From contig CAWIMJ010000057.1 in the NCBI GenBank assembly GCA_963837175.1, forward strand, positions 128,001-192,000: a stretch of DNA of 64,000 nt, given 5' to 3'. How positions within the stretch are numbered: position 1 is the stretch's first letter; each line of letters opens with the position of its first letter. Under the pieces are notes generated by a model. The model ran no database searches. It had not been told where the DNA came from and was given only the letters and a program-made list of their open reading frames with translations. This DNA comes from an uncultured Nitrososphaeraceae archaeon (GTDB taxonomy: Archaea; Thermoproteota; Nitrososphaeria; Nitrososphaerales; Nitrososphaeraceae). This document shows positions 30,429 through 41,987 of this stretch, one piece after another. The position numbers were made by a program, and so were the translations under genes.

Positions 30429-31175
30429 GGCTCTGTTAACTTTACCACCTCTGATCAATAAAAATTTCATAAATCGTATTCCTGTTCATTCCCATATGCA
30501 GGTACAAGACAAACATTTTCAACCAGTTATTGATGTGTTGTCTATCACATTTCTCTTTTCTACAAGGAAAATAGTCCTCAAAGCATTCTGTGTCCTGTCT
30601 TTTATTTTCTGAATAAACCTTTCCATTACATTCTTTAGCTCAGTACTATATACATGATATACATGATGATTTAATCGAAGCCATTTACAAGCATCATCAT
30701 TGTACCAATGAGCTCCATCAGTATGGATAGGTTTTCTACTGCCATATCTAGCCCTAAGTTGTTTGAAAAAGCGGTAACATATGAAAATGGTTCTTCTGTC
30801 TTTAGATAAGTACATCATCAAACACGAATTTATATTTGGTTCATACGCTATCCATAACCAATAATCTTGTCCATCTATTTGGATTAGTGTTTCATCAACA
30901 AATATTTCCTTGACTAAATGTTTATTTATTTACTTACTTTAAATCTGTCAGCACAATTAGCGTATTTCTGAACCCATTTCCAGATCGATACATGTGTCCT
31001 TTTAATTATGAGATCTAAACATTTTGATGCACATCGATAGCTCCTGGAATTAAAATATAGGTACAATCCATAAGATATTACAGCTGGGTGTTGTCTTATT
31101 GCGTTCTATTTGGTCAATGAAATGCTAGGATACATCTAGCTATATGTATTACATAATGCTTAAGTTAACAGAGCC
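30429..31175 (-). mobile_element. IS6-family insertion sequence, transposase pseudogenised
   Basis: Perfect 14-bp terminal IR GGCTCTGTTAACTT; flanks cttatatc/cttctatc (8-bp TSD, 1 mismatch); broken ORF with HVSIWKWVQK, VDETLI, YWLWIAYEP, TDGAHWY, MERFIQKIKDRT. Confidence 0.9.
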
Positions 31176-31347
31176 CTTCTATCTATCATTAGCCTAGAAG
31201 AAATTCCTCAACTCAACATTATCGCTGTGCATTAGCGATACACAATAGAGATGTATAAAAATCAAAGTCTCGATTCATTTTCAGATTTAATTAATCTTGT
31301 TTCCTCAAATAAAATGGTCAGATCTATAATTTCGTCGTAAAATTTTT

Positions 31348-32670
31348 TTGGCGGCTTTAGCAAATATATTCATATTGTCTCCTCGCTTTAGATTTTTCAA
31401 GAAGAAAGATAATCTCGCAGAAATCAGACCCTCTATTGATAATGACCAAACGACAAACTTTACCAACATAAGCACTACAGAAGCTTTAGAGAAATTATCT
31501 AAGATTGAATCAGAAAATGCCCGAGTTTTATCAAATAATCTTTCTCCCATTAAGGAAGATGTCACTAGGATCCTAAAGTCAATACAAAAAGTAGCAGATG
31601 AACTCGAAAAAGATAATATTAAACTAGAAGAGGACAGGTTTAAATCAATTGTACAGAATTCAAAAGCAACAGTAGTAACTTCTTTAAAAAGAGAGGCTTC
31701 TTCAGTTCTGCCTCTGCCACATTCTCCTTATGAAGCAAAAAAGTTCCAAGAGAGATTAGAGTCTATCGTGAATCGTTTTGGTGAAGTCAGTGGTTCTCAC
31801 AGTAAGGTTTTTAATATCTTTATGAAGAAATATGCTGGAAAGCTAAAGGACGAATTTGAGAGACTTTCCTCGCTCTTAGAAGATACAAAATCTGTTATTA
31901 CAGATTTTGAACTAGAATTAGGTGTAATCCTAGAATGCAGAAACCTCCTAAATACAATTTCTCAAAAAACAACTTCTGTAAAATCAAACAATCTAGAATT
32001 GGAAAATACCAGTAAGGTTGTTGAGAAATTGGAATATGATTTTAAAGAATTAGAAAATACATTAAAGAATTTAGAAGATTCAGGTGAATTTAAAGAGATT
32101 ACCCGTACTTTGAGGGAAATAGACAGGTTAAAAATAGAAGAAGAAGAATTTCATAAACAATTGCTAGATCTTTTTGGTCATTTATCCCGAGCTATTACCA
32201 AATATTCTTATGGAATGACTAAGGAAATATCTACGAGACTCCATGTTTTGTGTAATGAGCCATGGAAGATTTTTGAGGAAGCAGAAACACTTTCCCGGTA
32301 TGTCAAACTATTATATGAAATTCGTAGATCAGTCGAGTTATATACTATTACTCTTAAGGATTCTGACAAAGTTATTCAATATTGTGATATTATTCTGAAA
32401 TCGCTTCCTGAGTTTCAAGTTATAACCAAAGAAAGAAACTCAAGATTGGAATTATTACATAGGAGTAAAGTTGACACCCTTGTCAAAACCTCTGTCAAGA
32501 TAAGAGAAAAAATGCAACATTATAATGAATCGATTCAAAACAATAAAAGATTATTAGATCAGTTACCTAAACAAATAAATGAAACTAACCGCGAATTAGA
32601 AAATTTGACAGTTAAGGCAGAAGAGTATCTTCTAAGGATTACTGGAAATAAATTAACCCTATCAAGATGA
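31348..32670 (+). CDS. Long coiled-coil hypothetical protein
   Basis: 440 aa, E/K/L-rich heptads, no P-loop seen; alternative TTG start at 31375. Confidence 0.8.
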   Translation: MAALANIFILSPRFRFFKKKDNLAEIRPSIDNDQTTNFTNISTTEALEKLSKIESENARVLSNNLSPIKEDVTRILKSIQKVADELEKDNIKLEEDRFKSIVQNSKATVVTSLKREASSVLPLPHSPYEAKKFQERLESIVNRFGEVSGSHSKVFNIFMKKYAGKLKDEFERLSSLLEDTKSVITDFELELGVILECRNLLNTISQKTTSVKSNNLELENTSKVVEKLEYDFKELENTLKNLEDSGEFKEITRTLREIDRLKIEEEEFHKQLLDLFGHLSRAITKYSYGMTKEISTRLHVLCNEPWKIFEEAETLSRYVKLLYEIRRSVELYTITLKDSDKVIQYCDIILKSLPEFQVITKERNSRLELLHRSKVDTLVKTSVKIREKMQHYNESIQNNKRLLDQLPKQINETNRELENLTVKAEEYLLRITGNKLTLSR

Positions 32671-33398
32671 TTACATAGTTACATATTCTATTCAAATCCA
32701 GAAGTAATTATGACCCGATGTTTGTTATTTGATTCTTTATCTTATACAAGTACGAAATTTAGAGTACTTGTTTTACTTCTAGCAAGATTTGTAATTCCGC
32801 TAATTCTACGGCTCATAGTCAGAGTAATATGAAATTTCGTTTTTAAAATTTTTACGTCATCGTTTGTGATCCAGCCTGTTTTCGATCTTATTTGCCGGCA
32901 AGTTGATTATAATATTCACTTTTCGAACCAATTCAGCTGTACAATCAAATGCTAAGTCTACTTATCTAGATGATCCATCTCATTGACTGGGTGAAATTCT
33001 ACATCAATAGTTGGACAAACCCAATAGAACCTTTCTTCTAATGCTCTCTAAAACTAGATATAATAATGATATCTTCTTTCACATTGCAGCGTCAAGTAAT
33101 AACGTCATTGAAAATCTTCAACTATACTCTTTTTATGTTTGATCTGTTACAGTCTAATGCCTATACATTTTATTGGAAGAAGTAAACAGCACTTCAATTA
33201 ACACATTATCGTTGCTTCAAGAGGATTACCAAAGATGAACAGAATTCAAACTCGAAGGCATCCTAGTGCCAAAATTACAAATATCATAACAGCAAGAGTC
33301 ATACTAATAAGAATTGACTTTTTTAAATTTGTTTTTAACGGATCTGCTTTGATAGTATACCATTTGAATCATGTTCTTATCTAAGGTATAGAAAAATA

Positions 33399-33548
33399 TT
33401 AGCGCCAAAGCGCTGAAACTATTCCCAGTCCGGCAACGGCTAGACCTCCGTACGATAAAAAATTGATTCCTAGTATAAACGCGCCGAGAGCTAAACCAAA
33501 ACCGCTAGCAATCATAATAGCTTCCCCAATTCGTCTTTGGTTCCTCAT
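33399..33548 (-). CDS. Small two-helix membrane protein (49 aa)
   Basis: MRNQRRIGEAIMIASGFGLALGAFILGINFLSYGGLAVAGLGIVSALWR; GC higher than flanks. Confidence 0.6.
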   Translation of the reverse strand: MRNQRRIGEAIMIASGFGLALGAFILGINFLSYGGLAVAGLGIVSALWR

Positions 33549-33749
33549 AAATAACAGATCAATAGTAGATGATAGATTATAAAAGCATAATGATAGTGTG
33601 TATCGCATTTTATATTGAGATAGGGATCAGATAATAAAATATATCGAATTGAAAACGTCTTAGGCTTCGAAAATTTATAGGATCTATTATTTTTAAACGA
33701 TACGCTATGAAAAGGTAAATATCTCAACCATCATATAGTTTGTCCGTAA

Positions 33750-34871
33750 ATGGGTATTCCTGAAAAAATAAAGGCCATCGAAGATGAGATTCATAAAACG
33801 CAGATCAACAAAGCGACCGAATTTCACATTGGTGTACTAAAAGCAAAAATGGCTCGTCTTAAACGCGAAATGGAAGAAAACACCCATGCCAGAACAGTCT
33901 CAAGCGGTGGTGAGAATGTAGGCTTTGACGTCAGAAAAACAGGTGACGCAACAGTTGTTCTCATTGGTCTACCAAGTGTTGGCAAATCAACTCTTCTAAA
34001 TATATTGACAAATGCTAACTCCAGAGTCGCCTCCTATCATTTTACAACTCTGACGGCTATACCAGGCATTATGGATTATCGAGGTGCCAAGATTCAAATT
34101 TTAGACCTTCCAGGAATTATAGAAGGTGCATCAGCGGGAAAAGGAATAGGCAAAAGAGTACTCTCTGTGGCAAGAAATGCTGATCTTGTTCTGATAGTCC
34201 TGGATGTATTTCAACCACATCATTTGAGAATTTTAAAGAATGAATTAGCTGAAATTGGAATTAAAGTTGACCAAAAATCTCCACATGTTACAGTTGAAAA
34301 GACATCTGTCGGTGGAGTTTCAGTAAATATGCTCGTTCCTACGAGATTAACACATAATTTTATAAAGGAAATTTTGCGTGTATCTGGTATACACAATGGT
34401 CGTATAACAATACGAGAAACAGACTTAACCGAGGATCAATTAATCGATGTTTTAAATGGTAATAGAGTCTATGTGAGTTCCTTGACTGTATTAAATAAAA
34501 TTGATCTTGTTAATCAGGCATTTGTGAAAGAGATTCAATCTAAGGTTGGAAATAATTTTATCCCAGTTTCTGCTGATGCAAATATCAATATTGATGCTCT
34601 GAAGGAAGCAATATATGAGAAACTCGATTTCATCAGGATCTACCTGCGTCCGAAGAGAGAAGAAACAGACTACAAAGAACCATTGATAATCAGAAACGGA
34701 AGTACCGTCGCAGTTGTTTGCAATAAACTTCATCGCAATATGATAAAAGATTTTCGCTTCGCACAGATTTGGGGAAGGAGTGCAAAATTCAATGGTCAGA
34801 AAGTTGGTTTAGATCACGTCCTAAAGGACAAGGATGTATTGACAATAATAAAGAAGATAAATACCGTGTGA
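33750..34871 (+). CDS. DRG/OBG-family GTPase with TGS domain
   Basis: KTQINKATEFH, GLPSVGKST, FTTL, DLPGIIEGA, NKID, GQKVGLDHVL. Confidence 0.95.
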   Translation: MGIPEKIKAIEDEIHKTQINKATEFHIGVLKAKMARLKREMEENTHARTVSSGGENVGFDVRKTGDATVVLIGLPSVGKSTLLNILTNANSRVASYHFTTLTAIPGIMDYRGAKIQILDLPGIIEGASAGKGIGKRVLSVARNADLVLIVLDVFQPHHLRILKNELAEIGIKVDQKSPHVTVEKTSVGGVSVNMLVPTRLTHNFIKEILRVSGIHNGRITIRETDLTEDQLIDVLNGNRVYVSSLTVLNKIDLVNQAFVKEIQSKVGNNFIPVSADANINIDALKEAIYEKLDFIRIYLRPKREETDYKEPLIIRNGSTVAVVCNKLHRNMIKDFRFAQIWGRSAKFNGQKVGLDHVLKDKDVLTIIKKINTV

Positions 34872-35198
34872 ATTTACAATCAAAGCTCGATAAAAATAAT
34901 ACTATTTTCTAGATCTTATGTTATATTCTAAGAAATATCCAAATGAGTTTGGATAAAGAATTTATACACTAGTTGTAATAATGTCAAAATCTAATGCATT
35001 ATGGTTAATTCGTTCTGACATCTCAGTATAACCAGATATACTTCAAATTCAGTAATCTTGCCCATACGACGTAATGACGAGGTCGGGTTTACAACAAACT
35101 TGCTATTACTTGAATTTTGTCATCTATACACATAGGAGATGAGTAGCTGAACAAGCCTGTAATAGTATTAAAATTAAGACATCGTGAAGAATTTCAAT

Positions 35199-35837
35199 CT
35201 AAAAAGGACTTCCCGTAGGTGGGGATGAACTATCCCCTCCGCCTGTTTCAGCTGATTTGGATGGTCCAGAATCTTTCTTCCTTAAGATGTGGCTGAAAAA
35301 AAGCATTGCCAAGATTACAGCTATAATAATATAATTAACTGGAGGACTTATAGCTCTAGTTATTAATCCAACACCTGGGATTACAAATGCGACCTTTCCA
35401 ATATACTCTTTTTCTGTAATAGGAAAATCTACTCCTGGAATAGAAGAAGGATTAGCATCGCCCTTGGTCCTGATAACTCTCTCTTCTTGAGAATTGATAA
35501 CAATATCTTTGATATCTGCTACCCTATGGACTATTACCCTATCAGCACCGTCAGGCCTATGGAAAACAATAATATCTCCCAGATTTAGACCTTTAAAAGA
35601 GCCGCCATCTCTCACGACTAACACATCATCTACATTTAGGTTGGGCACCATACTACCACTGGAAACTATATAAAATGGATTGGCAGTATCAAACACCAAC
35701 CTCATACCTACCCAAATAATTACAACTCCTATGGCAACAATCGCAATGTCTTTGATAGCACTTGGAATCTTCGACTCACGTTTATTTAGCAACTTTAAGA
35801 TTATCGCTTTTTTCGTTAGATAAACCTTTAGGTACAT
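35199..35837 (-). CDS. Signal peptidase I (Sec11/SipW type)
   Basis: VSSGSMVP, GDIIVF, IVHRV, TKGDAN; true start probably a few codons downstream. Confidence 0.92.
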   Translation of the reverse strand: MYLKVYLTKKAIILKLLNKRESKIPSAIKDIAIVAIGVVIIWVGMRLVFDTANPFYIVSSGSMVPNLNVDDVLVVRDGGSFKGLNLGDIIVFHRPDGADRVIVHRVADIKDIVINSQEERVIRTKGDANPSSIPGVDFPITEKEYIGKVAFVIPGVGLITRAISPPVNYIIIAVILAMLFFSHILRKKDSGPSKSAETGGGDSSSPPTGSPF

Positions 35838-36399
35838 TTTTTTAAAAAATTAACTAAAAAAAGATATTTTTAGATTAAGATAATATATCTATGTATTTAC
35901 AAATATAGAAATGTATACTCATGCTGGCCCTTCCGCTGATTTTTAAGTAAAGCAAATCAGATGACAAAACTTTTTTAGTATTCTTAATTCTTAGTAATTG
36001 TCTCTAAGTGGCAATTTACTTTAAATAAAAATTTCATTAGAGTTGTAGTTATCTTGTGATTTCTTGTCTTCTTCTATTATATGTAAAGATTGTATGTTCC
36101 ATTGCTGGTAAGCACATTAAATAATTATCTGTTTATGTATCTAGCTTATCATAGCAGAGTAATGGATCATTTTAACCCGCAAGGTAGGCAGAGATTAAAA
36201 AAGATCCTCATGGAGCAGAGCTTAACGAAACATCATTTTGTGTACTTGCATTTCAAGTTAAAAAAATAGATCTATTCTTCTCGAACTAAAACCTATGAAT
36301 TCTTTATTATATAATGGCAGCTCAGTCAAATGCCTTCTCCGCATCTTTTGCTCTCGCAAAATCAGACTTAACTCTGAATCTTCACTGCTGCCATCCTTT

Positions 36400-36825
36400 C
36401 TAAATATTAGGATTTTCATATTTAATGTGTTCGTCTATCGCCTGATTCGCCAGCAAATCTGCATTTCTATTTCTCGATCTAGGCACATGTTTATAAATAA
36501 CAGTTTGAAAATGTTTCTCAAGGTTAGATATTTCTCTAAATATGTCTTTTAGTTGCCTGTTTCTCAGCTTGTATCGGTTCGTTCGCTGATTAACAAGGAG
36601 TTGACTGTCTGACAAAATTGTAATCTTGTCATCTAAACCGAAAGCAATTTGCATAGCTTTTTTTAACGCTATGTATTCAGCCTGGTTATTTGTCTTAGAG
36701 CCGATGAACTCCTTGTGCTCTAATATTTTCCAATTTTCTTTGGCTATTACAATTCCTACTCCTGATAATCCAGGATTACCCCTGCTGGCACCATCGATAT
36801 TAATAATTAGCAAATGGTATAACAC
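36400..36825 (-). CDS. rnhA: Ribonuclease HI
   Basis: DGASRGNPG, TNNQAEY, SDSQL, HVPRSRN..AD.LAN. Confidence 0.92.
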   Translation of the reverse strand: MLYHLLIINIDGASRGNPGLSGVGIVIAKENWKILEHKEFIGSKTNNQAEYIALKKAMQIAFGLDDKITILSDSQLLVNQRTNRYKLRNRQLKDIFREISNLEKHFQTVIYKHVPRSRNRNADLLANQAIDEHIKYENPNI

Positions 36826-37383
36826 AACGTTGAACTACATTATCAATATAATAATTACTCTCAAATCTTTACAAATTAACACCAACAAGAATGTTATCCA
36901 TATTGACGAAAAATCCAGTTACTAAAATAAAAGTTTATACAATATAAAAATGATTCTATATGTTCAATACCTTGACTGTTTAATACTGTGCAAAACAAAA
37001 ATCAGATAGTTAAATATAGAATAAAGAATCATATCATTGTAAAACGGAAATAATCAAATCACTATAATCATAATTTTCTACTATTAGTGCTTAAATTATC
37101 AAATTAGACGACTGAAGTTGCTAATTTGTATTCTAACATGTTCAGAGTGAAGTAGCCAATCCTCTGTGCTTAGCTGTAAATATTATAGTATCTGAAATAC
37201 AGTAATATGGCCCTTATCGATGAAAGTATCAATAAATATCTTCTTTATAAGCACCAGTGAAGTGAATATTAGATTAACGAACTAAAATGATGATGTTGTA
37301 TATCACAATAACTTTTGTATTAATATGAAAGTTAGAAAAGCAATAATAACTGCTTTAGTATTGAATACCAATAGTTTTTTTAA

Positions 37384-37947
37384 ATGCCAAAGCGGAAAGT
37401 TAAAGAAGAAAAACCGAGGAAGAAACTAGGCAAGAAACAAATTCTATTACCGCCAGTGATAGTAGGTGCTGCAACGCTTGCAGGTATTTTGATAATGTAT
37501 TTTGTCCCTCATCCCCCTGTACTCAATGTATGCCTGAAAAAAAATGCCATTGATCCATTTAATGTTTATCCTAGAATACAAATAGTAGTGGATGGAGATA
37601 CAAAACTGATGCCTGATGACGTAGGCAAGGTTTGGAAAGACGGTAAAGAATGCATGCGGGTTATTCGTACTGATGCTGTCGGAGATATGCTTCATATACA
37701 ATATGTCAGACCCATCAGGCTAACCATAGATGACTTTATGAAAATATATTCATATGATAACCGAACTATATCTGTGATGGATAATTCTACAGGAACGCCA
37801 AAGAAGGAAATATTAACACTCAAAGACTTTAATATTGACTATTCATACTTTTCTGAAAAAGGTGAATTCACTAGAGTAACTAAGTCATCAGATATTCCTC
37901 CGTTTACTAATGACTTAGTTGTAAGAATCCAATTAAGATCCAAATAG
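37384..37947 (+). CDS. Membrane-anchored hypothetical protein
   Basis: Basic N-terminus, one TM helix, extracellular domain with two Cys. Confidence 0.75.
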   Translation: MPKRKVKEEKPRKKLGKKQILLPPVIVGAATLAGILIMYFVPHPPVLNVCLKKNAIDPFNVYPRIQIVVDGDTKLMPDDVGKVWKDGKECMRVIRTDAVGDMLHIQYVRPIRLTIDDFMKIYSYDNRTISVMDNSTGTPKKEILTLKDFNIDYSYFSEKGEFTRVTKSSDIPPFTNDLVVRIQLRSK

Positions 37948-37984
37948 ATATAAATAGAGAAGATTTTGCCCTAGATTTGATCAT

Positions 37985-39010
37985 TTGGCTAATAAAAGCG
38001 CTGTGATACTGCGTGGAGACGGTACCGGTCGAGAATTAGTGGAGGCGATGATGAGAGTCTTGAAAGCCTGCAATACTAGGATAGAACTAATTTTAGCCGA
38101 CGCTGGATCCGAATGGTGGCAGGAAACCGGAGCGAATTCTTACATTTCACAAGAAGTTTGGAAATTACTTGAAGATAGCGATGCCTGTTTCAAGGGTCCA
38201 ACCACTACTATCCCTAATCCGAATGCTCCACGCAGTGTAGCGGTGAGTATTAGACAGAAATTCGAATTATATGCCAATGTAAGACCTATAAAGACATACA
38301 AAAATGCTGAAAGACAGCTATATTTCATATGTGTACGCGAAGCGACCGAAGGACTATATGCAGGGATTGAATTCAGAACCAGTGACGACTCAGCTATTGC
38401 TATACGCAAAATAACAAGAAAAGGCTGTGAAAGAGTAGTAAAAAAAGGTTTCCAAATAGCAGAGGAGAGAAATTTTCAAAAAATTTATGCGATTACAAAA
38501 AGGAATATATTAAAAGAAACTGACGGAATATTCTGGGCGGCAATAGAAAAGGTTCAAAACCAATTTAAGAATATCGAGGTAGAAGAATATTATGTAGATA
38601 ATATGACACAACAACTCGTTAAGAATCCACAACGGTTTAACGATAGCATATTGATAAGTACAAATTTATTTATGGATATAATCTCAGAATGCGCCTCAGG
38701 ACATGTAGGTTCGATAGGGTGTGTATATTCCGGAAATTATGGTGATGATTATGCAATGTTTGAACCTGCACATGGTAGTGCTCCAAAATATGCGGGAAAA
38801 AATAAGGTAAATCCTGTAGCCACTATCTTGTCAGCCGCATTGATGGTGGATTATCTTGGAGAAAAAGAGATTTCGAGTGCAATTTTTGAAGCCACAGAAA
38901 ATGTTATTAATGAAAATCTGTACGTTACGTATGACTTAGGTGGAAAATCTACTCTTTCTCGAATGGCAGAAGAAATAGCAAATAGGGCAGCCAGAATTCT
39001 GAAAAAGTAA
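37985..39010 (+). CDS. Isocitrate/isopropylmalate dehydrogenase family protein
   Basis: [49 protein letters not shown]. Confidence 0.93.
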   Translation: MANKSAVILRGDGTGRELVEAMMRVLKACNTRIELILADAGSEWWQETGANSYISQEVWKLLEDSDACFKGPTTTIPNPNAPRSVAVSIRQKFELYANVRPIKTYKNAERQLYFICVREATEGLYAGIEFRTSDDSAIAIRKITRKGCERVVKKGFQIAEERNFQKIYAITKRNILKETDGIFWAAIEKVQNQFKNIEVEEYYVDNMTQQLVKNPQRFNDSILISTNLFMDIISECASGHVGSIGCVYSGNYGDDYAMFEPAHGSAPKYAGKNKVNPVATILSAALMVDYLGEKEISSAIFEATENVINENLYVTYDLGGKSTLSRMAEEIANRAARILKK

Positions 39011-39020
39011 GTGTTACAAA

Positions 39021-39566
39021 TCAAGAAGTAATGAAGCTAATCTCAACTAAGGAAAGTGTCTCAAAAAATATCTTCCTTTCTTTTATGATCCTTTTCTTTA
39101 AGTTCAATTCTATTATCAATTTGTCTAATTCCGAGGTGAAAGACAAAGATGACGTAATTGTCAACATCTTCCCTTGCCTTTGCAGAACCGAAATAGCGGA
39201 TCGAACAAAATGGAGAGTATATTCGATACCTGTGGGACCTCCATCTATAGTACGGTCGTGATTTGTTTTATTGAGATCCGGTAGATATGGAGGATTGCTT
39301 ACGATAAAATCAAATTTAATAGAAACTGCAGAAGCGGCATCGCAACAAAGCAGCATAGTATTCTTAGGGAGATTATTTTTGTAATAGTGTAGAGACCTGT
39401 AATCAATGTCTGTTCCAACCACAGTATTAAAATTCTGAGAAAGTGCATTCAATATTATACCCGATCCAGCACCTATTTCCAAAGCAAAATCACCACAATA
39501 ATGTTTAGCGTATTCTGCCAAAAAAAAACTATCTTCTGAAGGGATATACAAGTTCCATTTTCCCAT
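39021..39566 (-). CDS. HemK2/MTQ2-family methyltransferase
   Basis: YIPSEDSFFL, LEIGAGSG, NPPY, GGPTG. Confidence 0.9.
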   Translation of the reverse strand: MGKWNLYIPSEDSFFLAEYAKHYCGDFALEIGAGSGIILNALSQNFNTVVGTDIDYRSLHYYKNNLPKNTMLLCCDAASAVSIKFDFIVSNPPYLPDLNKTNHDRTIDGGPTGIEYTLHFVRSAISVLQRQGKMLTITSSLSFTSELDKLIIELNLKKRIIKERKIFFETLSLVEISFITS

Positions 39567-40626
39567 CTTATAGTGTTTAACTAGAAGAAACTAGGTAGTA
39601 TATCTTATTCATGTCAAATGGCTCTACCGAATAATAAAAGCGATTATTTTTCTTACCATGTTGGTGACAATAACAATAAATGTTAACGATAGGAAGAGAC
39701 ATTATTTTATTTTAATTTTATACATATATCTGTGTACCGTCTGTTGAGATGGATTATTTTTAAATTCCTTGTATCTTTAAGGTAACGTTTTTGAAAATGC
39801 AATAATATTGGTCTAGATTATATTACAACATTGGATCAAATCTTTATACTATTAATAGCGGATTTAGGTATTAATTGATTTTGAAAATCATTATAGGAAT
39901 TTGTTATAACTATACTCAATCATATTGATGGTATTTAGTCTACATGCAGAAAATCCCTTATTACAATATTAAGTAATTATACCATAACATTACTATATTA
40001 TTCATGCTAAGTATAACCACCGTTATGAACATAATGCTAATTTTTGCAGCAAGGTTTGCTATAAACATCTCGAAAAAATTGATTTTGCAGTGAAGATTAG
40101 CTAAATTTTAGGATTCCCAGATATCTTAATATAGATAGTTAAAGGGATGAATGGAGGAATAATTTGTGTTGATAGAATTTAAAAAGCAAGCAACTAAAAT
40201 CAGAGCCCTTATTTATGCATAATTAATTCTCTTTCTTTCAATAGTAGTTATTTTTAATTTTATTACATCAATAAATCGCTTCATAAAATACAATTATATA
40301 TCGCTTCATAATACAGGAATGTGTCATATGTCGATATAGGAGCAAATCTTTCTTTGTACAGCGTTTCTAATCATCAAAATGATAATTAATTCATCGTAGC
40401 TTTTTTCATATTTATTAATATTAATAACAGGAATTTTCAAAAATTGAAAATACTGAGTATTCAATACTACCTTATTTCTCATAATCGTAATGTTCTTGTT
40501 GTTTACTTCGATAATACCTATTAGATAGTAATGAACTAAATAGCATGATTATTCCATCTCTTTTCTGAAGGATTGATTCTGCTGATAATATTTAGTATGG
40601 CTATATATCTAAATAGCGAGGTTTTT

Positions 40627-41340
40627 CTATTCAGCTGCTATTTCCATTAATTCTTTAACAGTTAATTGGTCTATTTTCTTAACATCATGCCTCATTTTAG
40701 TGCCATATCTTTTTAACAATGTGGAAGCGTTCTTATTTCTTTGGGAAAACAGAAAGTTTAGCTTAGTGATAATACTTTTATTCATTATCGCAGATCTTGG
40801 AACTAATCTTATAAGGGTTGATTCTATAGAAGGTTTAGGATAAAAGGCTTCTTTACTTACATTAAATAGCCTTTCAATACTAAAACAATACTGACTTAAT
40901 ACTGTAATTGCTCTATAATTTTTTTCGCCGGGATTAGCTTGTAATTTATCGGCGAATTCCCTTTGTGTCATAATTATGGCTCGTTTGAATTTTTGGAATG
41001 GCAACCATTGTAAAGCATCTTTACTTCTTGAATAAGGAAGATTCGAGATGAAAACATCGAATTCCAAATGATAAATATTGAAAATATCAGCGTTAATTAG
41101 CTCCAAATTTGGATAACAAGTAGAAATATTACGTACTTTTCTAAAAATTTGCCTATCTGCTTCAAATGACTTAACTAAATTGGCCTTTTTACAAAGTTCT
41201 TCAGTTAACACTCCATTTCCAGTGCCTGCTTCATATACAATTTCTTCTTCATTAATTTGAGAAGCTTCAATAATTCTTGCAAGAATCCTATTATCTTTGA
41301 GCATATGCTGGCCAAAAGATCTTCTTTTTGACCATTTCAT
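40627..41340 (-). CDS. rsmA: 16S rRNA adenine dimethyltransferase (KsgA/Dim1)
   Basis: FGQHML, EAGTGNGVLT, SNLPY, QREFA, FYPKP. Confidence 0.92.
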   Translation of the reverse strand: MKWSKRRSFGQHMLKDNRILARIIEASQINEEEIVYEAGTGNGVLTEELCKKANLVKSFEADRQIFRKVRNISTCYPNLELINADIFNIYHLEFDVFISNLPYSRSKDALQWLPFQKFKRAIIMTQREFADKLQANPGEKNYRAITVLSQYCFSIERLFNVSKEAFYPKPSIESTLIRLVPRSAIMNKSIITKLNFLFSQRNKNASTLLKRYGTKMRHDVKKIDQLTVKELMEIAAE

Positions 41341-41951
41341 TTTCTAACAAACAGATTCATTCTAGCTTCCCCAGCAATTTCATCTATAATTCTTTTCGAT
41401 ATAAGTTTTGCCGGATCTCTCAATCCAACCCTATTTTGAATATCTTCAAAAGATTCAAATCTTTTTTTGTCCCGCTCTTTGATTATGGTCATCATATAGG
41501 TTTTTCCTATTCCCGGAATTAGTTCAAGAGCATGAATTCTAGGTGTAATTGGCTGAGAAATATTCATGTAATCTATAAACCTTTTCTCGTTTGCAACTAC
41601 TATTATTTCTACGATATTTGGGAGTTCATTTTTCGCTGACTGTGTTATGTTTGGATAATCTAGTCTGCCAAGCACGCTCATCACTTTATTGCGACCCTCT
41701 CGTCCAATATACACCCGCTCTCCAACTTCAAAGCTCATATTTTGAACACCAAGCAATTCTAATAGGGTTAACCTTTCCTCTCCTATGGCCTGAATGATTA
41801 TTCCTTCCCTTCCTCTTACTGTATTAGATTTTCCTCTGAGAGTAAAATCTAATACGTATGCGTACTCCTCATATTTTCTTTGAAATTGCTGTTCCCCGGG
41901 GCTGGATACGCTTGTCCGATTATTAGAGTAACCTGCAGGCAGTGCTGACAA
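41337..41951 (-). CDS. DUF655 family protein
   Basis: EEYAYVLDF, QAIGEERLTLLEL, HALELIPGIGK, FESFEDI; conserved position after rpo4. Confidence 0.92.
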   Translation of the reverse strand: MSALPAGYSNNRTSVSSPGEQQFQRKYEEYAYVLDFTLRGKSNTVRGREGIIIQAIGEERLTLLELLGVQNMSFEVGERVYIGREGRNKVMSVLGRLDYPNITQSAKNELPNIVEIIVVANEKRFIDYMNISQPITPRIHALELIPGIGKTYMMTIIKERDKKRFESFEDIQNRVGLRDPAKLISKRIIDEIAGEARMNLFVRK

Positions 41952-41987
41952 TCTAAATCACCGGTATATTTACTGATTACTTTTTAT

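Noticed and set aside
32700-33363. Possible membrane-protein pseudogene on the minus strand (MVYYQSRSVKNKFKKSILISMTLAV...)
   Set aside because: Frame closes after about 38 codons; nothing identifiable follows
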